A DNA stretch of 64,000 bases, taken from NCBI GenBank assembly GCA_028534125.1, contig CM052842.1, positions 15,190,001 through 15,254,000 of the forward strand, given 5' to 3'. This DNA comes from Lama glama. Lineage: Eukaryota. The notes below the pieces were generated by a model. The model did no database searches. It was not told the origin of the DNA and saw nothing but the letters and a program-made list of their open reading frames with translations. Made by a program: the position numbers and the translations under genes. Below are positions 23,001 to 33,007 of the stretch, piece after piece; position 1 is the first letter of the stretch, and each line of letters opens with the position of its first letter.

Positions 23001-26000
23001 AACACGCGCTCCACTCTGTGGTCTGTTCAATGCAGTTGATACTGGAGTCGGAGACTGCAACTCCTAGAGTGGCTTCTGTCCTGTAGGCTACAGGATATAT
23101 AAATAAAGACAGCGCTGTTGAGTAAAACGTGGTGATGCGAAAGTGGTCCTTTCAACCATCCTTAGAACGAGGGTCTCACCCAATTCGGTACCTACTAAAT
23201 TCAGGTGCCCTCAGGGGACAGAACTGGATCTCTGTATTTATTTATAAACCCCATAGCAGGTAGCTCGATGCCTGGCACATGGCTGGCCTCCAAGAAATCT
23301 TTGTGGAATGACTGTCCAACTTGTTCTTAAGAAGCTTAGGAGAACTTGCTTTTCAGAAGCTTAGTGGTTTTAAGACTATAGCACAGAATAGCATCAACAA
23401 CCATTCTGTAAACTAATGTTTTCAATATGCGATTCTGTACAGAAGGGTCATGAGGAAATTTTAACTGGGTGAGTAAGTAGAACCAACTCAAAATCGTGCT
23501 GAAAGCAAGACTCTGCCTTGGGGAGGTGGGACTAGTTGTTTGGGTTCTAGGATATAGTCACCGAGACTTGATGACAAAAAGTTCTGTCTCAACACTTAAC
23601 ACGCATGGCTTGGGGCACATCTCCTCTCCTACCTGGCAGTTTTCCTATCTGTAAGTCAGGGCTGATCATTTCTGACCTCAGAAGACCTGTAAAGTTCTGC
23701 ATACTGCCAGCATAAATAATCTGGCTTGATTAATGGCTTCTAAAATAATCTCTACTGGACCTTGAGTCTTTGTTTTTCAAAAAAACAATTTCTTTTACAA
23801 GATAAAACAAAGGAAAAGCAAAACAAAGATCCTGAAGTGTCACTTGATCCTTCCTGCAGCACCTGGAAAGGTACCATTTCTCTGTGACACATGTCCAGGG
23901 GTAAGCGGCATTCTTCAGGGAGGCTGATCTTGGGAGTGCATGCATTGTGTACAGAATCCAGAAAAGAAAGAGTGATTTTTTTCACTTTTATTTTTGCAAT
24001 GTTAATAGGGGTCTTGTGGGATCGACTGAAATATAAATAGTAGCCGTGTAATAAGACAAAATCAGCCCTATGGCTGTTTGATCTCAGTGGGCAAGCTGGA
24101 CTCCACAACTGACTGGCCAGAAACTGAAGCCGGTTCTCAGTGCAAATCCAAAAGAGCACACATGCCTTCTGCCTGCATTTATCTTGGGCTGTGATCGTTT
24201 TCAGGTATCCTGAGTTTCTCACCTGGAAGGGTCTGGAGGTCTCCCAAGGTCCCTGTCTCATTTGAATCACAGATCCACTTTTCACAGCACTCCCCGGGCA
24301 CTTTAACTTTTCTTGGAGCTGGGCAGTCAGGCTGGGGCAGTAGCAGGTCCTCTTCACAGCGGGGCACACAGCCAACCTGCCCATCTTGGCAGGCGCACTG
24401 GTATTTGCAGCTTGGCTGGAAGGTCTCTCCACTTTGGTAGATGACTCCATCAAACACACAGTTGTCTCCTTCTACCGCTAGGATATTGAGGAAGCCAGGC
24501 AGACAGGGAAGGGGAGAGAGAAAAACAAGAACACGATGCATTGGTGAAGCTGTATAAGATTCACTGCAGTGTTCCAAGCCCCAGATCATCCTTTTCTAGT
24601 TGAGGGCATCTGGATGCTGGTTCATCTCCAGGAGAGAGATGTCCTCATGGAGGCCTCCCAGAGCAAGAAGAAACCCTCAGGAGCACCCAGTCCTGCCACT
24701 CATTTTATGGATGTGGAAAGAGGGGCACAGCCATGAAGTGACACTGCCAAGGCCCCCAGCTGTTGTTCCCAACGATAAAGTCATTTTGCAAGAAACTTTG
24801 ATTCTCCTACTCCAGTAGCTCAGAATTAAAAAGAAAAACAGTGCACCTCACAGTCTCCAAATAGGTTAACTGGTCAAACTGGGAAGAGCATTAAGATTCC
24901 TTGGCATCCCAGCACAATAAATTATCACTAGTTTAGATGAGAAACTAAAAGACTATTCCAAGCCCTCTTATCCAGGGAGGCTGGAACAGCCTCCAACTCA
25001 ATGGGGCACCACGCGGAAAATTGATCCCCAATTGATTACGTTTCACCAGCCTGGACTGGCCGGTTGCCTGCATTTTTATTTCCCTCGCAATCCAGACAGG
25101 AGTTACAGAGTCGTCTCAGGAGAGCAGGGGATGCTTTGGCTCCAACAGGACAATTGCAGGTGTGAAAACAAACCTGGCCGGCTCCAGTCAAGGGAACTGT
25201 GACCGTGTGAGTAAGCTCAGACTTCCATTACCCCCAAGCAGCCCCTGGAAACGTCCAAAGGAAATGATTTCACTGGCCCTTAACTCTGTTCTGCTCCCCG
25301 TCTATCTAGATTCTTCTCCAGGGACGCAAGTGATGAATGCTTCTCACCTCCGCGGGCAGGCTTCCTTTCTGGCTGCTGGCACTCCCCAGAGCCCACGAGT
25401 CCCCAGACCATGCCTGGCACACAGCGCACGATAAACTAACACCCACTGCGTCGCTGTTAATATTTGCGCATCACCCTTTAGGGGTGAAGAGGGGAAGGAA
25501 AAGAGCAGGCAGCTCCCGAGCCGAGGGACAAGAGGTCAAGCGGAGGAGGGGGCAGGATTACCCATGCAGATGCCAGTTTGGGCGCTGGGGTCCGCTCTGC
25601 GGTCGCAGAAGAGGCCGCGGCTCTCCTCGCAGGGCAGCATCACCGAGCAGCTCTCGCCGCGCTGGCGGGCGCACACCAGGCAGCAGGAGCAGTCGTCCAG
25701 CACCGCTCTCACCCCGGGGGCGCAGGCCGGCGGCTTCTTGGGGCACGGGGCCGGGCACGTGGAAGGGCAGCGTTGAGTCGCAGCCACCTGAGGGGGGGGA
25801 GGGGGCGGGACCAGAAGCAGAAACCTCTTAGCAGGGACCATCGAAGGCAGAGAGACACGGGATCCAGCTGGGGCCGCCCGGAAAGGCCGAGTAACCAGGG
25901 ACACCTTACGGGTGCGCTACTCACCTGTCCCACGAGCTGCAGGAGCAGGAAAGCCAGGCAGAGGCACTGCTTGGGCAGACCGAGACTCATGCTCTGCGCA

Positions 26001-26008
26001 CTCTGCAT
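19791..26008 (-). CDS. CCN3: Cellular communication network factor 3 (NOV/CCN3), spliced CDS of 5 exons, 358 aa
   Basis: Exons of 84+226+255+215+297 = 1077 nt splice in frame via GT-AG introns: [28 protein letters not shown]|VAATQRCP...|...KGKKCLRT...RGEM*. There are 38 conserved Cys (12 IGFBP, 10 VWC, 6 TSP1, 10 CT). The N- and C-termini match NOV rather than CCN1/2/4. Confidence 0.98.
21027..21210. mobile_element. MER5A-like hAT-Charlie MITE in CCN3 intron 4
   Basis: agtggctttcaagcttt...cagaatca...tctgattcagtagg...tttgcatttctaacaa...ccacactttgagaagcact; terminal inverted repeats. Confidence 0.8.
21554..21707. other. Assembly gap (154 N) in CCN3 intron 4
   Basis: Run of N. Confidence 0.99.
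21885..22080 (-). mobile_element. MIR SINE in CCN3 intron 4
   Basis: tttaatcctcacgacaactctgaggtagg...gaaattgaggctta...aggctgtctggctccagag. Confidence 0.75.
22873..23087 (-). CDS. CCN3: CCN3 exon 4 (TSP1 module)
   Basis: Acceptor CTGTAG|CCTAC; encodes YRTEATLG...[26 protein letters not shown]...LCMVRPC; donor AAG|GTACGA; 215 nt. Confidence 0.97.
24223..24477 (-). CDS. CCN3: CCN3 exon 3 (VWC module and start of hinge)
   Basis: Acceptor TCCTAG|CGGTA; encodes [27 protein letters not shown]...GECCEKWIC; donor CAG|GTGAGA; 255 nt. Confidence 0.97.
25562..25787 (-). CDS. CCN3: CCN3 exon 2 (IGFBP module)
   Basis: Acceptor CCCCCTCAG|GTGGCT; encodes VAATQRCP...[16 protein letters not shown]...TGICM with 12 Cys; donor G|GTAATC; 226 nt. 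Confidence 0.97.
25925..26008 (-). CDS. CCN3: CCN3 coding exon 1 (signal peptide)
   Basis: ATG at 26008-26006 in context CTGAACATGC; hydrophobic [14 protein letters not shown]; donor CAG|GTGAGT at 25925/25924; 84 nt, phase 0. Confidence 0.96.
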
Positions 26009-26134
26009 GTTCAGGCTTTTTCCAGCCGCTTTCGCAAAAGAAAAAAAAGAGAGAGAGACTTTCCAGGAGGGAGATTGGCTCCGCTCGCCTGGCTCCAGGT
26101 CGGGCTGGCCTCTCCCCCAGCGCCACCGCGCAGG

Positions 26135-26141
26135 TTTTATA
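26135..26141 (-). promoter_or_regulatory. TATA box of CCN3 (TATAAAA)
   Basis: Plus-strand ttttata inside GC-rich DNA, ~130 nt upstream of the ATG; implies a TSS near 26105-26112. Confidence 0.85.
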
Positions 26142-27559
26142 GCGCGCTCCTGGGACGCGCACAAGCCGGTTGGCTGCAGCTCAGGCGGGAGGCGGGGGAT
26201 CGGCGGGGTGGGGAATGGAACGAGCCCGGGGTTGCCATGGCAATTGGCCGCGGGTGCTGCTCTCCTTAGGGCGCGGCCCCGGGGCCTGCGTGTGCCTGTG
26301 TGTGGCGACTGGCTTTTCCCAGAGCGCCGGGAGGGGCTGGGTGGAGGCCCCGAGGCCAGGACCCAGGGCTTGCTGAGCGCGTGGGAAGGAAACGCCCGTT
26401 TCCTCCTGGAAGCTGTTGCGTCTTCCCGCAGGACCAAGACACCGCCACTCCCCAGCCCCAGCACGCTTCTCCGCCCTGGCCGTTCCAAGCCGGGTTGCAA
26501 ACGTGAGGCTCCCCGAAAGGGGTGCCTGATGTTTGGGACCATCTGTGAGGGGCTGGCGAGAGGCCCAGGGGTTTAGTCATAAAGGAAGCACATGCAAGTT
26601 TGTCACGGTTTAGGGCACTCTTTGAATGTGTTGAGAGTAGGGGGAGGAGAGGGGAGGGAGGAAAGAAGAAACCGAGGAGGGAGAAGGTAGTGGGGCGGGG
26701 GTGGGGGGCAGGAGGGCGGTGGCACAGAAAACGTAAGAAGTCTTTATGTCAGGATGGGGGATGCTATTGGCCAAATGGCAAAATTCTTTTGATTCTCATC
26801 ATTCCAAGCCTTGCTGGTTCTTAAACCCCCAGTTCTGCAGGTTTGGTAGAAATACAAGTAAAACATAGTGAAATGAAAACATAAGAGCCTGAAGTAAATA
26901 AAAACTTTCTTCCTGGTAGAGAGAAACCTTGCAACACCTGTTGTGTCCTGTCTCCTGTAAAACAGCACAGAATGCAAGAGCCTGTGAGAGCTTATAAGCA
27001 GGTTCAGCTCAGACATTGTCAAAACCTCAGCGAATTAAGGGAGGCACTTGCTTTACTTAGGCGACATTCTCCCATTTGGCATCTACTTTCAAAAAATGGC
27101 TGCTGTGACACACTTCATCTCTCATGAGAAGGAGAGCAGTTTGACTGCTCCAAAGGTAACACTGCTTGATGGTTTTTGGTTTTTTTTAAATGTCTTCCCT
27201 GTATTTCAACTTTGCTGCTGCCTCCTTCAAGGGTAGCTGTGTCAGAAAGACACTTTTCCAAAAAATTATCCAGGCCTGTGATGTAACTCTAGGCTTTAAG
27301 AGGAAACACATTTCCTCTACGTCATCCGTCTCCAGCATGAAGGAGCTCAAAGGCAGCCTGTGTAAGGGGCCAGGTCTGCCCCTGCAACGCCTGCCTCCCC
27401 AAGATGAAGTCATTCCAAGCCCCTACTAATTCTGCTTTCTTTGAAATAAAGCAGACTGAACAGTAAAGCTAGCTGAGAGATTGAACGATTAATTCGTGGC
27501 ACATCTAGGACACTCAACACTCTCTTCAGGCTGACGGGCTTCGTGGGCCCTCTGGCCTA

Positions 27560-27730
27560 GGGGTGCTTCTCCCTGGCTGCACCTCAGAATCAACCAGGAT
27601 GTATTTTTGAAAAATATAGATTCTTGGCCCCCACCCTCAAGGCACTTGGTCGGATTTTTCTGGGGAAGATTCTTGGTAGACAGCATGTCGAGGCCCTCGG
27701 AAGTGGGACCTAGCTTTGGGAAACCTTGTT
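27560..27730. mobile_element. MER5-like DNA transposon remnant
   Basis: cttctccctggctgcacctcagaatcaacc...tttgggaaacc. Confidence 0.5.
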
Positions 27731-27929
27731 ATGGAACCGCCAGGAGCACAACTATCGGGGAGGCAAGAATATTGGCCAAGTGTTCAGAGTGTGAGTTGAG
27801 AAGACCAGGAGAAACCGGCAGCATTGAGGCTGGGCTGATTCTTCTTGGAAAGGTGGAGGATGAGAGGAGACGTGTAACTAACTTCAAGACAAGGAAGAAA
27901 ATGTCACGTTACGGCTAATGTGAGCAGCC

Positions 27930-28200
27930 ACTCAGGTCTCTTGATGGTTGCAAGTGATAGAAACTAAACTGGAGCTAGTTTCAGAAAGAGGACTTTAATG
28001 GATGGATGCTGGGGTGTTTCACATAATAATGGCGTGGGAACGGTGCTACTACAACCCAGAGGCAAGTAGGATCAGGGCCTCGGGCTCGCAGGGCTCCCCC
28101 TCTCTATCTTGTTGCTTCTCTGTGTATCAGCTTTTCAGTCTGTCCCACCACCGGCCAGCTTCTTCCATATAAGAGAGATGTCATCCTTAAGGTCTCCCTA
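27930..28200 (-). mobile_element. Ancient MaLR (MLT1-type) LTR fragment
   Basis: ggttgcaagtgatagaaactaaactggagctagttt matches the reverse 3' end of old MLT1 elements. Confidence 0.5.
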
Positions 28201-31086
28201 ACAGCTCACTTGACAACCTTGTCACCACGGAAGGAATGTCCACTCTGTCATGTACTATAGATGCTCCTGGATAAGGATCACCACATTGAAACAACTGGAC
28301 AAAGAAAGTGAAGCCATCTGACGACAACCTTGTCAGGTCTTGCTTTGCCACCTCTCGGACACGATCTTTCCACCACGGAAACCTTGTCATGAAACAATCA
28401 GGAGCCCAGTTAACCGGGAGGCAAGAACCTGCCATGCTGGGACAGAGTTCATCCTCTCTGCAGGCCTGGCATCCCTTGCTTTTCTCCTGTTTCTCTCAAT
28501 TCATTGAATAATAATGACGTGCCTATTTCGATGTCTCCCTCTTCTGCCTGGGAGCCCTTGACGAAAGGAGCACGTCATAGTCCCCAAAATACCCTCAGGT
28601 CCTACTTCAGGGAGGGACAAGTGATCAGTTGTTCTTGGACCTTTTGAGACACCGCAACCTCACCTGAAGTCTTGTCACTTGTCTCTGCTTTGCATAAGAT
28701 GAGGTAAGAAAGAGCTGGAGGCTGTTTGTTCCTCTGCAGCAGGAGAGGCTAAGTTGGTCCCATCAGCCATCACTTGTCTGCCTCCGACAGGCACCTTCTT
28801 TCCCTTAGTCTTTCCCGGCACTAGGCGTCTAAGGCTGGCACACAGGCTGGTGATCGTCTCCTGTTTGAAATACACCATGTGTCAGTTGGGGTCTCTGGGG
28901 ACGTCAGGGGACGCTGTCATAGAGACTCTCCATGAGTTGCTTGGTCTCTGCTGCCAACCGAGATGGTGACCTCACCGGGTTATGAGGTGGAAGTACTGAT
29001 TGACTCACTTTCTTTCTTTTATTCTCTCTCTCTTTCTCTCCTTCCTTTCCCTTACTCCAGATGTGGCAGCAGAGCCTCACTTCTCCCTCTCTGAGTCAGA
29101 CAATTGATTTATATTCTTATTCCTTATCAGTCAATGCTACTACATTTAGAGAATACATTTAGAGGACTTCCTATATTATAAAGGCAAACTTTTTACAAAG
29201 GCTTCCATTGTTGTTATTTTTCTTTTTCATTGTTATGAAAGATATAAAATATATTGGCACTGACTTCTATAGCAGGCAAGAGAAATATAAAGCACAGAAC
29301 CCCACCTTAAACATGAAACCAGTAAAAAGCAGTGACGGTGATGTTATCACCTCCAGGACAACTCCATCTCTCCCCTTTCCTCGGTGAGTACCTTCTCTGT
29401 AAGCTCAGGCGTTCACCGTGTCTTCATTCAGCCACAGGTCAGCCAAGCCACACATACTTAGGTCTCATAATGTGCCTCATAACTCAGCCTCACAGCTCCT
29501 TAATAATTTCGTTGCTCTTTTCTGAACTTCCTTCATCTGTCCCTTTTCTGGGGCCCGGGGAGTTGGTAGAACACAAGGTAATTCTGATTGTATGTTAGTC
29601 AGGCCAGCCCTACATGGTGTCCAGTTATATGGCTAATTTCAAACATACCCTCTTGCTTTTCTGACAGGTCTCTTGACTTCTTGCTTTTCCAGAAAAAAAA
29701 AAATGAGGGGCAGAGACGAAGCAGTGATGGGCAGTGAAACGTTAAATATTTAATGTTTAGTGTTATCCCCTTTGGAAACATCTTATTGCCCACATTTTAA
29801 AAATTTTGTTTTTAGTGCATTTCTTAAAAAAAAAATCTAGGAGGTTAAGTAAAAAAGCTTAATTTCAAGCTCAAAATTCTCTAGAAATGTGAGAAATAAG
29901 TTCATTTCTCCCACTGCTAAATGACCTCTTTCTAGGGAAATGGTCTTTTTGGGAATCAAATAATTATTTTAAAAGATTTTTGAACAGGAATGGAATCTAT
30001 CAAGTTTATATACATACCACATTCCCAGCTCCCCGCCTCCTCCCGGCCCCGCCCTGAGGTGCCAGCAGCACCCTTCCCTGCACCCAGCTGAGGAAAGTGG
30101 CCACAGCAATTCTTTGTATGTGTCTTGTCTTTGTATGTGGCTTGTGACAGCTGGGTGGGATGGAACCAGTTCTGCTTCACGGACTCACGTCCTTTAGATC
30201 AGGAATTAGTGTCAGAAACAAAGGCACGTACATAGGACTGGATAACAGATTTGCCTAGCCTCCCAAGTGTGTTCCGTACTGTTTGATGGTGGACCAAACA
30301 CGTAAATGCTGGTGGCCAAGTGAACAAGGAAAAGCGAAGTAGTATCATCTGAACAGGCAAAGCTCTCAGTAACTTCAAATGATTGTCCCTGGAGAAAGGA
30401 AAATATTTAGATTCTTTTTTGGGTGAGTCGCTATTCCCAAATGCTATCTCAGGATATGAAAAAAAAAATGTACACAGCCTTTCCCACCCAATCTCTGAAA
30501 TCTTAGCAACAAAACTTTTAGGAGAGACACAATCACAGAGCTGTGTTGCGTTTGACAATGTGAATGCTCAGAATATCCCATTCATTAATTGATAATTATT
30601 TCATACTTCAAGGCATGAATCAAAGATGAATGAGATGTTCTGCCTTTTTAAGGATTTTTTAACCAAGAGGGAAAAATGAAGTAAAACATAACTACCACGG
30701 AGGGCAGAATGTGGTAATCCTGTACATAAACATAGGCAAAGTCACATAGCAGCATAAAGGAGGAGGCAATTAATGTCTTTGCGGTGAGAACGTGGGTGTA
30801 GTGGAGGCTGGAGAGGGAGTGAGTGTTGGAAAAAATTTTAATTCCATGTTCATTGTTTGTCTTTTTACTAAACCATGTTGCTTTGAAGACTAAATGACAT
30901 CAAGTTGGATAAAGCATGGATAAAATTTTGAATCCTGGATATATGATTCGAACAGAGACAGTGGAACAAAGGCATAAGGATGGGAAAATTCAGGACTTGT
31001 TCAGGAATCGATCTGAAAGGAAGGTAATGGGAAATAAATTTGGAAAAGTGGACCACAGCTGCCAACTCTTGGAAGAATACAAATGT

Positions 31087-31228
31087 NNNNNNNNNNNNNN
31101 NNNNNNNNNNNNNNNNNNNNNNNNNNNNNNNNNNNNNNNNNNNNNNNNNNNNNNNNNNNNNNNNNNNNNNNNNNNNNNNNNNNNNNNNNNNNNNNNNNNN
31201 NNNNNNNNNNNNNNNNNNNNNNNNNNNN
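31087..31228. other. Assembly gap (142 N)
   Basis: Run of N. Confidence 0.99.
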
Positions 31229-31779
31229 AACTGCATGGATGGGGCTATATGTAGGAACATTATTCTTTAAGAATTTACACTTGATTACAGGAGGAGGTGA
31301 CTGAATGTCAATGCAGTGAAGACCTTTTTGTGGCAGTTCAAGGACAGATAATGAGGACTTGAACTAGCAGAGTGGCAACGGGAATGGAAAGAGGAGTTTG
31401 GAGGTAAGAAATAATCTGCCTGCAGTGGAGCTCTGGCTGTCTGTGGAAGGTCAGGATAATGATGGTATATGTATGATGCCAGGTTTTGAAGCTAGATAAC
31501 TAAGGAGCTTATGATAGCATTGTGGTGGGAGCCAAATAACTTCTGTGATGAAACACCTCTCCCAACAGACTACCTGGGTTCAGATCCTTAGATCTTAGAC
31601 TACCTGGCCAATCTGTGGCTCAGTGTCTTTCTCTGTCTGTAAGGTAGGAGTGATAATAATTGTTCTTTCTTTCTAGGATTATTGCTAGGCTACATAAGAT
31701 GATATATGGAAAGCCCTGCAGCCCTTCTCAACAGGATTCTGTGAGAAAATTCAGCCCTAACACCCCGAGGCATCCATTT

Positions 31780-32225
31780 CAATGAATTAACTGTTCTTTT
31801 CTGCATCTTGAATGGTATTAGCATGTAACACACAGTATGGGGGAATCATGGGGCATCTCAGAAAGAAGTTGGGGGAGGCTTATTATAAGGTTTGGGTTTA
31901 AGTTAGTTGGTTTTAAGGACAATTCAAGGAAACTGGGTTCTGTCCTGGGCTGGGTGCTGTTGGGAAGCAAAGGTAATTCTGTGATTGGTTATCTTAATAA
32001 TCTTTATTGCGGAGGCAGAATGAACAAAGCCCAGACAGAATTGTTTTTGGAGAAGAAATAATAGTTTCTCATGTTAGCTGGGTCGGGGAAGCTCGGTCAT
32101 TTGAAGGTTGCACAGTGTCTTTATTTTTATTTCCATCACTCATGATTAGAAACTAGTCTTGTCACAGAGAGTTTTCATCAAATGCAGATACTCTATGAAA
32201 TTCACCGCAGAGGAAACTCACAATC
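31780..32225 (-). mobile_element. Old ERV1-type LTR (MER31/MER67-like, tentative)
   Basis: ggggaatcatggggcatctcag, tgattggttatcttaataa, and a CA terminus near 32222. Confidence 0.4.
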
Positions 32226-32507
32226 TAGTCGGTAGCAACAGTTGTCAGTAGTCATGGCTGGTTTTTGTTTTTGTTTTTTCAATTGTATCCTGTGAGTAGC
32301 TTTGATTTTTTTCTTTGAGATTAGTAGAAGGAGAATTACCAAAGCGATGGTTTGCATGATTTATGATTTTGGATACAAATTTCCAGTTTGCTTTCTGGGA
32401 GTGGTGTATGGTAATGGGATAAATATTGGACAATTTCCAGAAAACCAGTACCTCGAGTCACTGGGGTGATTGTTAGAGAGTGACCTACACCTTCAGTGCT
32501 TTTAGTG

Positions 32508-33007
32508 NNNNNNNNNNNNNNNNNNNNNNNNNNNNNNNNNNNNNNNNNNNNNNNNNNNNNNNNNNNNNNNNNNNNNNNNNNNNNNNNNNNNNNNNNNNNN
32601 NNNNNNNNNNNNNNNNNNNNNNNNNNNNNNNNNNNNNNNNNNNNNNNNNNNNNNNNNNNNNNNNNNNNNNNNNNNNNNNNNNNNNNNNNNNNNNNNNNNN
32701 NNNNNNNNNNNNNNNNNNNNNNNNNNNNNNNNNNNNNNNNNNNNNNNNNNNNNNNNNNNNNNNNNNNNNNNNNNNNNNNNNNNNNNNNNNNNNNNNNNNN
32801 NNNNNNNNNNNNNNNNNNNNNNNNNNNNNNNNNNNNNNNNNNNNNNNNNNNNNNNNNNNNNNNNNNNNNNNNNNNNNNNNNNNNNNNNNNNNNNNNNNNN
32901 NNNNNNNNNNNNNNNNNNNNNNNNNNNNNNNNNNNNNNNNNNNNNNNNNNNNNNNNNNNNNNNNNNNNNNNNNNNNNNNNNNNNNNNNNNNNNNNNNNNN
33001 NNNNNNN
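32508..33007. other. Assembly gap (500 N)
   Basis: Run of N. Confidence 0.99.

Larger units (their letters stand above)
25540..26560. promoter_or_regulatory. CpG island and proximal promoter covering CCN3 exons 1-2
   Basis: Markedly GC- and CpG-rich compared with the flanks; GC boxes (GGCGGG ~26184-26198); CCAAT on minus at 26243-26247. Confidence 0.9.

Noticed and set aside
23752-24459. 235-aa minus-strand ORF
   Set aside because: Alternative frame of exon 3 running into intron 3; no domain, and no splice logic supports it.
25578-26576. 332-aa plus-strand ORF antisense to CCN3 exons 1-2, and other overlapping ORFs here
   Set aside because: Low-complexity Ala/Gly/Arg/Pro translation typical of stop-poor CpG islands; no recognisable domain.
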